NCBI GenBank assembly: GCA_021740625.1
Contig: JAIOZK010000011.1
Span: 37,964-101,963, forward strand
Reading direction: 5' to 3'
From: Bacteroidales bacterium
GTDB taxonomy: Bacteria; Bacteroidota; Bacteroidia; Bacteroidales; JAIOZK01
DNA: 64,000 nt
Positions 9,804 to 19,571 of this stretch are shown piece after piece. Under the pieces are notes generated by a model. That model ran no database searches. It saw only the letters and a list, made by a program, of their open reading frames with translations, and was not told the origin of the DNA. A program made the position numbers and the translations under genes. Position 1 is the first letter of the stretch. The number at the start of each line of letters is the position of its first letter.

Positions 9804-11117
9804 TTAGAAGAAGTAGTATACTGCGAGCAACAACCTCAGGTTTGCCACATCCGTACCCTCGTGAACAACTCCTTTCGAATCAATGGTTTTTCCGTAGTTA
9901 ACACTGGTGTATTCAGTTTCGCAGGCAAATCGCATTTTTCCTACATTGTACATCACCCTGGGCGAGATCCTGTAGAGGTAATTGATATAATTGCCGCTGG
10001 AATATCCACGGGCAAAGAAATAATTCGTTTTAATGTCAGAAGAGGCACCCCAGTTTTGTGAATATGCGGCAAATATTCCAAGCTGCCATTTGTTTCCATT
10101 GGTATGAATATCCGTCCACATCGAAAATACATCCAGCGGCTCAAAATCATAGAACATCTTATCAGGATCGGAAAGCTTTTGTGCTACATATCCTCCGAGC
10201 ATGGTCCAGCCGTAAGTGCACTGCCCTAGAACCGCCTCAGCTTTAAAAGTAAAATCGGGGAACTTCAGTTTCATGAAAGCCATTCCCGACATTCCTTCAA
10301 CATTCTCATTGGATTTATAAGAGGCTATTACTTTTTCGCTATTCTTATCAATAATCTCGGATTCCAGCCGCGGACTGAGTTTTTTATAGTTCCCTGAAAG
10401 TCCGAACAAAAACCCCGTATTTCCGAAACTGGTCTGGTATTGCAGTGTCAGATTTAATTCAGGCAGTACCGCATTTCTCAGGTAAAAAGAACTTGCACTC
10501 ACAGCGGAAAGATCGCCCGGGCTGGCCGGGTTAACACCTGCATCGGTAAAATCTCTTTGCGACATGGCTGCTACCTGGGCAGTAATATTACCGAATTTAT
10601 GACTCAAACGTACCTGTGGATTTCTTGTAAAAGGCTGAAATGGAGCACCTGTGTTAAATGAAACTGTTCCCGGAAAACAATCCGTGATAAACATGGGATG
10701 CCAGTACTGGCCTACCAACAATTCTGTTTTGGTCCATGTCAGTTTTGCAAAAGCATGCCGCAATCTGAATCCATTCACATCATCAGCGGAATGCCCAAAA
10801 AAAGCTCCTTCTATCAATGCACTGCTTTTAGCTCCCAATACGTCGGGACCGGTTATTACGCCTTTCAACCTGGTTTGAATAGAGAGTATGTTAAAATATG
10901 GCTGGGCATTGATATCATCTCCCTGGCTGTCGATCAACTCGGGTTTGGGATAAAGATGGAAATGCCCCTCTCTCACAGCCAACGATTGCCGGGAATCATA
11001 AATGATATCTGTTTTTACAAAACCATGAAATTTGATCCCCCATTTTTTTTCTTCTTCCTGCGAAAATGCTATTGCCGGCAGCAACAGCACAAAAGATAAG
11101 AATATTAACTTCCTCAT
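9804..11117 (-). CDS. Outer-membrane beta-barrel protein (putative porin)
   Basis: A signal peptide begins at MRKLIFLSFVLLLPAIAFSQ. The sequence alternates amphipathic beta-strands throughout and ends in aromatic residues (YYFF). The ORF extends to 11141. Confidence 0.65.
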   Translation of the reverse strand: MRKLIFLSFVLLLPAIAFSQEEEKKWGIKFHGFVKTDIIYDSRQSLAVREGHFHLYPKPELIDSQGDDINAQPYFNILSIQTRLKGVITGPDVLGAKSSALIEGAFFGHSADDVNGFRLRHAFAKLTWTKTELLVGQYWHPMFITDCFPGTVSFNTGAPFQPFTRNPQVRLSHKFGNITAQVAAMSQRDFTDAGVNPASPGDLSAVSASSFYLRNAVLPELNLTLQYQTSFGNTGFLFGLSGNYKKLSPRLESEIIDKNSEKVIASYKSNENVEGMSGMAFMKLKFPDFTFKAEAVLGQCTYGWTMLGGYVAQKLSDPDKMFYDFEPLDVFSMWTDIHTNGNKWQLGIFAAYSQNWGASSDIKTNYFFARGYSSGNYINYLYRISPRVMYNVGKMRFACETEYTSVNYGKTIDSKGVVHEGTDVANLRLLLAVYYFF

Positions 11118-11258
11118 GCTTATTGGATTTTGGTTTTGCACAAAGATAGAAATATCTGCAGGAGCTCCGCGGGCTTTGCAGGCTGATTTTAAACCAGATA
11201 ATTAATTAATAATCTTTCTAAATAAATTCATGTATTACACGTATACATGGCAATTGGT

Positions 11259-11969
11259 CTACGCTATTAGATGAACAGATTCATCGCTGATCAGCTCCTT
11301 ACCCTGGTATTTGCGAAACAACTGAATGATGCTTACAACATCTTTCTGGCAATAAGTCACGATCCGGTCAAGATCTTTCTCTTTCCAATACACCCTGCCA
11401 ACGTCCGAGCCATCGATATCATCCTTGGGTGTGGGAATATCAAAAACATGGGCCAGCAAAGCCAGAGAGGTATAGTTTTTAAAATCACCGAATTTCCAGA
11501 GTTCCATGGTATCCAGATGTGGGATATCCCAGGGCTTTTTACCGGCAAGATCCAGCATGGCTGGGATTTTCAAACCATTGATCAAAAGCCTGCGGGCAAT
11601 GTAAGGATAATCGAATTCCTTTCCGTTGTGGGCACACAGGAAGTGATTTTTCGTATCATAATAGGTATCCAGCAAATTGGCGAATTCACTCAGAAGGGCT
11701 GTTTCATCATCTCCTGCAAAGGATTTCAGGCGGATTTCATCATTCTTGACAAAACCCACTGAAATGCAAACGATCTTACCGAATTCGGCATAGATGCCTG
11801 CACGTTCATAAAGTACATCAGGCGTATCCGTTTCTACCTTCCGGAGAAATTCAGTTTTATGATCCCAAAGCAGACGGGTTTTTTCCGGAAGAAGATCATA
11901 AGAAGCCATCTGAGGCACTGTTTCAATATCCAGAAATAAAATGTTTCCGATTGGTATTTGTTCCAGCAT
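11259..11969 (-). CDS. RNase H-fold 3'-5' exonuclease-like protein
   Basis: An ExoI-like motif FLDIETVP lies near the N-terminus. NGKEFDYPY and a C-terminal YCQKDV motif follow, in the pattern of a DEDDy-type exonuclease. Confidence 0.65.
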   Translation of the reverse strand: MLEQIPIGNILFLDIETVPQMASYDLLPEKTRLLWDHKTEFLRKVETDTPDVLYERAGIYAEFGKIVCISVGFVKNDEIRLKSFAGDDETALLSEFANLLDTYYDTKNHFLCAHNGKEFDYPYIARRLLINGLKIPAMLDLAGKKPWDIPHLDTMELWKFGDFKNYTSLALLAHVFDIPTPKDDIDGSDVGRVYWKEKDLDRIVTYCQKDVVSIIQLFRKYQGKELISDESVHLIA

Positions 11970-12048
11970 GTTTTCAGGTTTTTGCGATTATGGATAACAA
12001 ATTTATACAAAATGACATATATTCGTGTTGCTTTGATATTTTTGTTGC

Positions 12049-13341
12049 ATGAAAAGGATCCTGACCACCGGTATTTTTTTTCTACTGATCTTTTGTTTTG
12101 CCTGTAAGAAGGAAGAGGAAGGCAGCAAGCCGGTATTGGATATTTCCGAACCAATTCCCGGACAAACAGTAAATGCAGGCGAGTCGTTCTGGCTATCGGG
12201 GAAGGCTCAGGACGAAAACGGAATCTCCAGCATACAGATAAAATTGCTGGATGAGGATTTTAAAGATGTCAGTATCCTTTTGGTCGACAGATATGCAGGT
12301 GAAAAAGAAATAGAATTTAATTTTTTTTGCATGATTGACGATCCGGCCTTGCAAAGCGGTGAATACCATATCAAGATAAAAGTGCTTAATACAGAATCCA
12401 ATAATTCACAGGAATTTATACGGATACATCTAATTGGTATTCAAAAGGAACTCATGGATATTCTTTTGATAACAAATAGCTTCCAGGGTGCTTTAAATCT
12501 ATATAAATGGAGCCTGGACGAGCCACCGGCAATGGTCAAGAGTCTGCAGGGTAATTATCTGCATTCGGCTTTTTCACCAGAACAGCAGCAGTTTTATCTG
12601 GTCAATAAACAGAGCAGGGAAAAGCTTATGGCTTTTGATCCGGAATCATGGGAGCAGGCATTTGCGCTCGAATTGCCAATGCCGTACCCTTATTTCCAAT
12701 CCATTCAATATAATTCACCCTATTTATATTTTTCCACCGGAAACGGAAGCATAATAGGAGTTGATCAACTTGGCTTTGAAAAATTTTCCACCCCGGCAAA
12801 CCCGGACACCTTACCAAATCATTTTGCAATTGGTGATGAATTCATTGTCGCAGGCTGCAAAGGCAGGATAGGAAACCAGGATGTTCTCAGAGTTTTCTAC
12901 GAGCACTCGGGAAGCTATGTTAAGAGAAAGGTGTTGAACTGTGAACCTGTGGATATATTTCACTTATCGGATGATGAGTTTCTGATTTTCGGAAATCAAA
13001 ACGATAGCACCCGGGTTTACCGTTATCATGCTGATATAAACTGGCTGGAAGAGTCCGGGCAGACGCCTTATCAAATCAGCTCAATAAGCCCGGTCCATTT
13101 GTATGAGTATTTGGTGCTACTCGATGATAACTGGTATCGATACCATGCTTTAGCAAATGCATTTATTCCCGAAGACAATTTGAATGATTTCCAATTTTTG
13201 AAATTCGAATCTTTAAGCGAGAAAATATATACAATACGTGAAAGAACGCTGTTGATACTGGATCAAAATACGGGAGCAGTGTCAGACAGTTGTGTCCTGA
13301 ATGATCCGGTTGTGGATTTCCAGTTTCAATACAACAAATGA
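12049..13341 (+). CDS. Hypothetical lipoprotein
   Basis: A signal peptide with lipobox (LLIFCFAC) is present. Its stop overlaps the next gene's start by 4 nt (ATGA). I recognised no family. Confidence 0.6.
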   Translation: MKRILTTGIFFLLIFCFACKKEEEGSKPVLDISEPIPGQTVNAGESFWLSGKAQDENGISSIQIKLLDEDFKDVSILLVDRYAGEKEIEFNFFCMIDDPALQSGEYHIKIKVLNTESNNSQEFIRIHLIGIQKELMDILLITNSFQGALNLYKWSLDEPPAMVKSLQGNYLHSAFSPEQQQFYLVNKQSREKLMAFDPESWEQAFALELPMPYPYFQSIQYNSPYLYFSTGNGSIIGVDQLGFEKFSTPANPDTLPNHFAIGDEFIVAGCKGRIGNQDVLRVFYEHSGSYVKRKVLNCEPVDIFHLSDDEFLIFGNQNDSTRVYRYHADINWLEESGQTPYQISSISPVHLYEYLVLLDDNWYRYHALANAFIPEDNLNDFQFLKFESLSEKIYTIRERTLLILDQNTGAVSDSCVLNDPVVDFQFQYNK

Positions 13342-14003
13342 AAAGAAAACTGATCATTACCGAAGATGGCAGTCATAGCTATTATCTTCCGGAGATGGAA
13401 GAAACCTATCATTCCATCCATGGGGCTATCACCGAATCAGAGCATGTCTTTATCAAAAATGGCCTTGCAGTGATCAGCAAACAAAATATCAATGTATTCG
13501 AAATAGGTTTTGGAAGCGGGCTGAATGCCCTGCTTTGTTATGCATATGCTTTGAGAAACAGTGTTGAAATTGATTATCAGGGCATTGAAAAATATCCATT
13601 GCAAACCAAAGAATACAATAATCTGAACTATCCACAGCAGCTTGATTTTGGAAATGCTCAGGAAGTATTTGAAAACATGCATCACCTTTCCTGGGACAAA
13701 AGGCAACATGTAAGCAGTTTCTTCAGTTTGCATAAAATCCAGGCGGATGCACTGAAATTTAAATTTCCTGAAGATTGGGCCGATCTTGTTCTTTTCGATG
13801 CATTTGGCCCGGAAAAGCAATCAGAAATCTGGAAAAGAGAGATGATGGAAAAAATGTTTCGTCTTTGCAAAAGGGCAGGGGTACTGGTAACCTACTCCGC
13901 AAAAGGGCAACTGCGAAGAGATCTGAAAAACTGCGGGTTCAGCATTGAAAAACTTCCGGGACCTCCGGGAAAAAGGGAAATGAGCAGGGCTATCAAACCC
14001 TGA
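13338..14003 (+). CDS. mnmD: tRNA (5-methylaminomethyl-2-thiouridine) methyltransferase, MnmD-type (SAM-dependent)
   Basis: The N-terminus TEDGSHSYYLPEMEETYHSIHGAITESEHVFI and the motif VFEIGFGSGLNAL are present. DAFGPEKQSEIW is characteristic of the MnmC C-terminal / MnmD domain. Confidence 0.75.
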   Translation: MKRKLIITEDGSHSYYLPEMEETYHSIHGAITESEHVFIKNGLAVISKQNINVFEIGFGSGLNALLCYAYALRNSVEIDYQGIEKYPLQTKEYNNLNYPQQLDFGNAQEVFENMHHLSWDKRQHVSSFFSLHKIQADALKFKFPEDWADLVLFDAFGPEKQSEIWKREMMEKMFRLCKRAGVLVTYSAKGQLRRDLKNCGFSIEKLPGPPGKREMSRAIKP

Positions 14004-14010
14004 TGTGGTA

Positions 14011-14280
14011 TTACCTGACCATAAAGCTTTTATAATCCTGGTTCTGATTTTCCTGGGTCTTAACATCCTCGACCCTGGCCCATTCCGGACCTTCTTTTAC
14101 CCAGCTTACAAAAAGATCCATTTGTTCTTTTTCTCCTTCGGCCTCAATGTATACTGATCCATCTCCCAGGTTCTTAACAAAACCACTTATCCCGAGTTCG
14201 AGGGCTTTCTGATTGGTGTAATATCGAAATCCTACTCCCTGTACGCGACCTTCTACTTTAATGATCAGGCTACTCTTCAT
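14011..14280 (-). CDS. acyP: Acylphosphatase
   Basis: It is 89 aa and carries the signature VEGRVQGVGFRYYT and the GFV.N...G.V pattern. Confidence 0.85.
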   Translation of the reverse strand: MKSSLIIKVEGRVQGVGFRYYTNQKALELGISGFVKNLGDGSVYIEAEGEKEQMDLFVSWVKEGPEWARVEDVKTQENQNQDYKSFMVR

Positions 14281-14854
14281 GTTGATAAGCTGTTAAGCGT
14301 TTGGTAAAAAGTTCATCGATTTTCTGACACAATTGCAAGGGTTTATAAGCCCGCCATGAAAAATTATCAAAGCTGCCGCCAAAGGCGATATAAAAATCAA
14401 TGTTGGCTGCTTCGAACTCCTGGAGAACATGATCCCGGAAATTGACCCCGATGATCCAACCTTCATCAACTTCATCGCTCCATTCTTCATAATAGTCATT
14501 GCCATCAGCATGAAAATTCAGAACGTGCTCACCAAGCAATACAAATTTGTTGATCCCTTCAGTTTCCAATGAATCGATGATATTTCTTTTCAGGTTCATA
14601 ATGTCGTTATACAACAGGTCGTTCCATTCTCCTATCAACTCAATGATACAATACCCATAATCATAATTAGCATAAAGAATTTTGATAAACAGTGTTTGTG
14701 AGCCGATATCATCCCATTGAGGATGTATGCAATGGTCGTAGATGGCGTGGGTAAATTCAAATTCACTGTACTCCCTTCCATAGAATGGAGAGCGCCCATC
14801 TTCCTCTGCAATGTAATAGTCGCGCCAGTTATAATGTGGTTCGATCGTATGCAT
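14270..14854 (-). CDS. Conserved hypothetical protein
   Basis: It is a clean 194-aa ORF with coding-like composition. It overlaps the downstream acylphosphatase gene by 11 nt. I recognised no family. Confidence 0.55.
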   Translation of the reverse strand: MHTIEPHYNWRDYYIAEEDGRSPFYGREYSEFEFTHAIYDHCIHPQWDDIGSQTLFIKILYANYDYGYCIIELIGEWNDLLYNDIMNLKRNIIDSLETEGINKFVLLGEHVLNFHADGNDYYEEWSDEVDEGWIIGVNFRDHVLQEFEAANIDFYIAFGGSFDNFSWRAYKPLQLCQKIDELFTKRLTAYQHEE

Positions 14855-14903
14855 AAAAAATCAACGAATATTTATTCAAACTCTTATAAAAAACAACAAT
14901 GAA

Positions 14904-15218
14904 TTATACGGCCCATTTTAAACTGTCCAGAAAATTCAATTGATTATAGAGTTTGTCAAAAAGTTTCTGATCTTTCACATGTATCTGTATGGTAAAACTA
15001 ATGTATCGGCCACTGCTGCTCAGCCTGGTACTCCAATCCCGGTTCGGGATTTCAAGTTTCTCAAAAACCTTTTTGATCTCATTCCTGTTATTTTCATCAG
15101 AATTTGTTGCATCCATGATGATCTTGATTTTGTAGTCAACCGGGAAATCTATATTCTGGTTTTTGAAATAAATTGTATTGTCGGTAATTAGCATATTCCG
15201 TCCTTTACTATCAAACAT
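14904..15218 (-). CDS. DUF493 (YbeD-like) protein
   Basis: It is 104 aa. The FPVDYKIKIIM motif and overall size match the YbeD/DUF493 family. Confidence 0.6.
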   Translation of the reverse strand: MFDSKGRNMLITDNTIYFKNQNIDFPVDYKIKIIMDATNSDENNRNEIKKVFEKLEIPNRDWSTRLSSSGRYISFTIQIHVKDQKLFDKLYNQLNFLDSLKWAV

Positions 15219-16435
15219 TATAATTCAAAACTTGTTCGAATCTGCATCCAGCGATGAGGCAATGCCCCGTCAAATTCAGGACTGACATAGTTCTGTTCAA
15301 GGCTCAGGCCAATGCTTCGGTATCTCAATGTTATGCCGCTCATCGCCGAAAACCTCAATCTTGCAATGTTATCCCTCTCTAATGTATACACTGAGTTTCT
15401 GTTGAACAAGCTACCCTGCAGATTTGCATCATGCGCAACAAAATCAAGCCGGGTTTTGAGGTAGAACGAAAAATTGATTTTACTATTTTGAGATTTGTGT
15501 GGAGGATTCATTTTTTCGGGTACGGGACCAGAATTTCTATATTGAATAAACAAACCTGTCCCCGCTTTGTTGATCAAACTACCGGCATGAAATCCGGTCA
15601 GATACCCCAGGTTAAAATTTCTGCTGTCGATGAAACCGGATTCATATTCAATATAATAATTCGCGACAAGGCTGTTGTTTATCTGGTGCTGCCATCCCCG
15701 GGCTTCAATATCATGGATCATGTTCTGCATCTCACTGCCCATGGCCATCGGCCCCATAACACCAATATTGAAACCCGAAAGAATCCTCATATGACGCTGC
15801 CTGGCGGTTGATATTTTATAGAACCCTATGTACAGGTTTGCCGAAAATGGCCTGTCGCCAAATGAAATTTCTTCCAGGTCAGGATTCAGGGGCGTATACA
15901 TATTGTGTACAAGATGAATCCCGTACAATACATTTGCACCGCGCCCTGGAGGAAATAAAAAGCCGGAAAAGGGCAAGTCACCCATTCCTGGATGAACCAG
16001 GCCTATGCTGATCCCATTGGTGAAATAGCGGTCGGTATTGTTGAATATATCGTTGGCAAAACCAATGGTGAATACCTTTGAACTGACCCGGTAATTATAA
16101 TTCACCTGCAAGGGCTTTTTCCCCTGTTTCTTTGCAGGACTGTATTTAGTCTCCCTAATGAAATCATCAATTGCTTTCGCCTTGATTCGTGATATGTTCT
16201 TTTTGTAAGGGTGGGTTTTTTTGTACTGCTCTTCAAATGGGTTAACGGCAAATGGGGCACACTTTCCCAATCGTGTTTTTAAATCAACAATGTGAATATC
16301 AGATTGGATCCCAGTTTGTATTCCGGGAATCGGATGCATCATCAAGCGATACCTGTCAGCATCTTTCTGAACAAAGACCAACAGGCAAAAAACAATGGCA
16401 AAAGAAATTCTTATGTATGTTCTGTTAAAATGCAT
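15218..16435 (-). CDS. Lipid A deacylase LpxR-like outer-membrane protein
   Basis: The motif DRYFTNGISIG is present, the architecture is beta-barrel-like, and a hydrophobic N-terminus follows the Met at 16435. The ORF extends to 16501. The family assignment rests on recall of the D.YYTNG motif. Confidence 0.55.
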   Translation of the reverse strand: MHFNRTYIRISFAIVFCLLVFVQKDADRYRLMMHPIPGIQTGIQSDIHIVDLKTRLGKCAPFAVNPFEEQYKKTHPYKKNISRIKAKAIDDFIRETKYSPAKKQGKKPLQVNYNYRVSSKVFTIGFANDIFNNTDRYFTNGISIGLVHPGMGDLPFSGFLFPPGRGANVLYGIHLVHNMYTPLNPDLEEISFGDRPFSANLYIGFYKISTARQRHMRILSGFNIGVMGPMAMGSEMQNMIHDIEARGWQHQINNSLVANYYIEYESGFIDSRNFNLGYLTGFHAGSLINKAGTGLFIQYRNSGPVPEKMNPPHKSQNSKINFSFYLKTRLDFVAHDANLQGSLFNRNSVYTLERDNIARLRFSAMSGITLRYRSIGLSLEQNYVSPEFDGALPHRWMQIRTSFEL

Positions 16436-16621
16436 GTTTTGAATTGCATTTTCTCTCATGTCAAAATTACAAAAAAGGGAAGTCCGATGGAAGATAATCA
16501 CAGCATAAACTGATTATTAACATCATAACGCTAAGCTAAATGCCATTGGCGTTGTGCAAATTGCTGCAAGTAAAAAAATGGATACTTTTACACTTTAATT
16601 CAGCATTACTTTCTGAAATAA

Positions 16622-18013
16622 ATGGGCCAAAACGTATACAGCAAACATTATATTTATGCTTCCTATATTGCTGCCATCATTGTATTGATGGACCTGACTG
16701 CTGTGAATATTGCACTTCCCACGATCAGTGAAACTTTTTCAGTTCATATTAATGAAGTTTCATGGATATTGCTTGTTTCCATGCTTACCGCTTCCAGTTT
16801 CGCCCTTGTCGCCGGCAGGCTTATTGAGATATTTAATCAGAAAAAAATATTCATTACTTCATTGCTTGGCTTTTCAGTCCTGACCTTTCTAAGTTTTCTA
16901 AGCCCTAATTTGCAATTTCTTGTTGTCATAAGATTTTTCCAGGGTTTTTTTGAGGCAACAATTTACGTAATCGGTCCTGCTTTGATTAGAAAATTGCTGC
17001 CCTCAGAAAAACAGCAATCTTCATATGGTATTTGGATGATGTGTACCGGTATTGGCATCAGCATGGGACCTGTAATCGGTGGATTCCTGGTATCTTCCCT
17101 TGGCTGGCAATATGTATTTCTGATCAATATTCCCCTCTGCCTGTTAGCTGTGGGCATCCTACTGAGATCGCCGAAAATAAAGGAAACCGGAAAAACGCAC
17201 ACAATACTTGATATCCCGGGCGGGATCTATTCTTTCCTGTTCCTGGGCGGCTTGATTTATGCATTGAATATGGGAGCAAAAAAAGGAATGGGCCAGCCTG
17301 ATATTATATTTGCCATTATTGTTTCCATCTTCTTCCTATTTGCTTTTATCAGAAAAGAAAAGAAAACTCCGCATCCTGTTTTTAACCTCAGGTTATTTCT
17401 GAAACAGAACTTCCTGTTAAGCAATCTTGGATTCTTTATTTATTTCCTTGTGAATGTAGGATCCAGGTTTTTGAGGCCTTTTTATTTTGAAAAGGGGCGT
17501 GATTTTTCAACGGATTTATCCGGGCTCCTGATGATGGTATCCCCCCTTGTCATGATTTTTATCTCTCCGCTTGCCAAGATTTTCAGTCACAAGATCAGGC
17601 CCAAATATCTGAATATAATGGGTACGGTTTTTCTGCTTGTATCCATGTTGATGTTTTCAAGCTGGAATAACAACACGAGTCTCAACTTTCTGATTGTTTC
17701 CATGATCCTTCTGGGAATCGGAATGGGGCTGTATTACCCTACCAATTCCTACATCGGGATGCAGGACCTTCCGGATAAAAGTTACGGAATGGGTTCGGCA
17801 GCCATGTCTACATCCAAAAGTCTGGGTAAACTTTGTGGCGTTTTGTTCTTTGCTGTTCTTTTTTCATTTTTTCAGCAGCAGGAGGCCAATCAGTTTTTGC
17901 CTGATATGAAGGCATTTCAGAACACATTCCTGATAGCTGCTGCTATTTCTATCACAGCGCTTATATTTTCTTTCCTGGTTTATGAAAGAAATAAGGAGCG
18001 TACGATCAACTGA
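16622..18013 (+). CDS. MFS transporter (about 14 TM, drug:H+ antiporter-like)
   Basis: The protein is multi-TM throughout. It has an MFS-type motif (LVAGRLIEIFNQKK) and a hydrophobicity pattern suggesting 14 helices. Confidence 0.8.
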   Translation: MGQNVYSKHYIYASYIAAIIVLMDLTAVNIALPTISETFSVHINEVSWILLVSMLTASSFALVAGRLIEIFNQKKIFITSLLGFSVLTFLSFLSPNLQFLVVIRFFQGFFEATIYVIGPALIRKLLPSEKQQSSYGIWMMCTGIGISMGPVIGGFLVSSLGWQYVFLINIPLCLLAVGILLRSPKIKETGKTHTILDIPGGIYSFLFLGGLIYALNMGAKKGMGQPDIIFAIIVSIFFLFAFIRKEKKTPHPVFNLRLFLKQNFLLSNLGFFIYFLVNVGSRFLRPFYFEKGRDFSTDLSGLLMMVSPLVMIFISPLAKIFSHKIRPKYLNIMGTVFLLVSMLMFSSWNNNTSLNFLIVSMILLGIGMGLYYPTNSYIGMQDLPDKSYGMGSAAMSTSKSLGKLCGVLFFAVLFSFFQQQEANQFLPDMKAFQNTFLIAAAISITALIFSFLVYERNKERTIN

Positions 18014-18028
18014 AATGACGGGGAAGAA

Positions 18029-18967
18029 TTAACGTTTTTTCCCCCCTTTAACTTCCATACTTGTGGTGATATTCATATTCATTTCAAGTCCCTGTGGCAT
18101 TTGCTCACTGGCTTGCATTTTGATCATTCCCTGTATATCCTGGTCAATGGTACCACTCTTTATCCAGCCAGTTTTCAAGTCAATATTGAGCAGGTAATTG
18201 ATCGGGCCTTCCATGTCGAATTGCATGGGTATACCTGTACCGGCTATGCTTGCACTATCGGAATAAGAAACAAAATACCCCTCACCGCTAATTCTGATAA
18301 TATTTTTCTTTACCTCCATCAGCTTCCAGGTATTGCTGACTTTTCCCAGGGCAATTGTTTTCAGTTCAACTTCATTGGTCCATGTATCTCCCACCTTCAC
18401 GTTATCCTCAGGATAAAAGGGCATTCCCATTCCAAAGTTACCTTTGAATGATTGTGTTCCTGCAATATTATCCAGTGATTTTTTCAACTGATCAAAACTG
18501 GTCTGGTCTGTATTTTCCATGGAGGAAAGCATCTCATCAAACATCTTTTCGATACCCCTAACCGACTGTATTGATCCCCTTTCCGTCATCTTCAATTCAA
18601 ATTTGTTATCCGACATAGACTTCAGGATATTGGAAAAATCATCCGTTGTATCCTGTTTTGATGTTCCGAATTCCATCTGACCCTGTGGCGTGTTCAGCGC
18701 CATGTCGAATTCCGAATAACTGACCTGAAGATCATAAATGCCGTCTTGCTTACCGGCAACTTCGTATTCGGCCGTTGCGTTGATGTTTGTTGACATTTTC
18801 ATATCCTGTTGCATAAAATCCTGCTGAAGGCTTTGACTAATTGCTGCATCAATGTAATAGGTCTCTCCAGATTCAAGACGATAGGAAAGTTGATAAGCAT
18901 CCTGACTACATCCTGACAAGATTATGAGTGTTGTTGCCAGCATCAAAATGTTAATGAAATTGTTCAT
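18029..18967 (-). CDS. Hypothetical lipoprotein
   Basis: A signal peptide with lipobox (LIILSGC) is present. A TAccTTTG -7 box lies 19 nt upstream of the ATG. Confidence 0.6.
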   Translation of the reverse strand: MNNFINILMLATTLIILSGCSQDAYQLSYRLESGETYYIDAAISQSLQQDFMQQDMKMSTNINATAEYEVAGKQDGIYDLQVSYSEFDMALNTPQGQMEFGTSKQDTTDDFSNILKSMSDNKFELKMTERGSIQSVRGIEKMFDEMLSSMENTDQTSFDQLKKSLDNIAGTQSFKGNFGMGMPFYPEDNVKVGDTWTNEVELKTIALGKVSNTWKLMEVKKNIIRISGEGYFVSYSDSASIAGTGIPMQFDMEGPINYLLNIDLKTGWIKSGTIDQDIQGMIKMQASEQMPQGLEMNMNITTSMEVKGGKKR

Positions 18968-18986
18968 AATATGAGATTTTTTGAGT

Positions 18987-18994
18987 CAAAGGTA
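18987..18994 (-). promoter_or_regulatory. Bacteroidota-type -7 box (TAccTTTG) for the 18029..18967 gene
   Basis: The plus strand reads CAAAGGTA, giving TACCTTTG on the minus strand 19 nt upstream of the ATG. Confidence 0.4.
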
Positions 18995-19172
18995 CGATGA
19001 AGCCAATAAATATTTCGCAAATATTTTTTAAATTTAAGCAGTCATAAAAAAACGCCTACTCCGTATTTACCGTATAAGTAAGGATACAAAGGTTATTAAA
19101 AAGAGATAAAATATTTTTTATTAGATTGACCCAAAACTTGACATGTTTTTGATTTTGTTGTATATTAGACGC

Positions 19173-19399
19173 ATATTTCTTAACTGGCAGAGGAGTACCC
19201 TATATATCAACTGGGAATATTAATGACCGTTAAGAAAGCGTTCATTAAATTAAGATTTGGAACAGGGAAATCAAATCCATTAAACAGACCATTACTGGTT
19301 TATGTGCTCATAACAAAGCAGTAAAATTCAAATAAAAGGTGTGTAATTTAATTATTCTGAATTGGTACGAGCAAAATCATTTTCCCTGTTCCTTTTTTT
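19173..19399 (+). ncRNA. Candidate unannotated structured sRNA, or a short leader/peptide transcript
   Basis: TTGACA (19138-19143), a 17-nt spacer and TATATT (19161-19166) form a promoter-like site. A 9-bp helix pairs 19176-19184 with 19229-19237. A perfect 12-bp helix, GGAACAGGGAAA (19259-19270) with TTTCCCTGTTCC (19381-19392), is followed by T7. Both flanking genes are on the minus strand. Confidence 0.35.
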
Positions 19400-19571
19400 A
19401 TGCCTGCAATTATTAACAAAACATATACCATTATTCTCCAGCAGAAACAAGACAGGTGAGGATATCCAAGAATTTTTCAGGCTTATTTTTCTTCCTTTTC
19501 AGCAATGGTTTTTGCGGCAACCCGTTGAAGACGATGCAGTCTATATCGCATCCATTTCCACGAGATTATGT

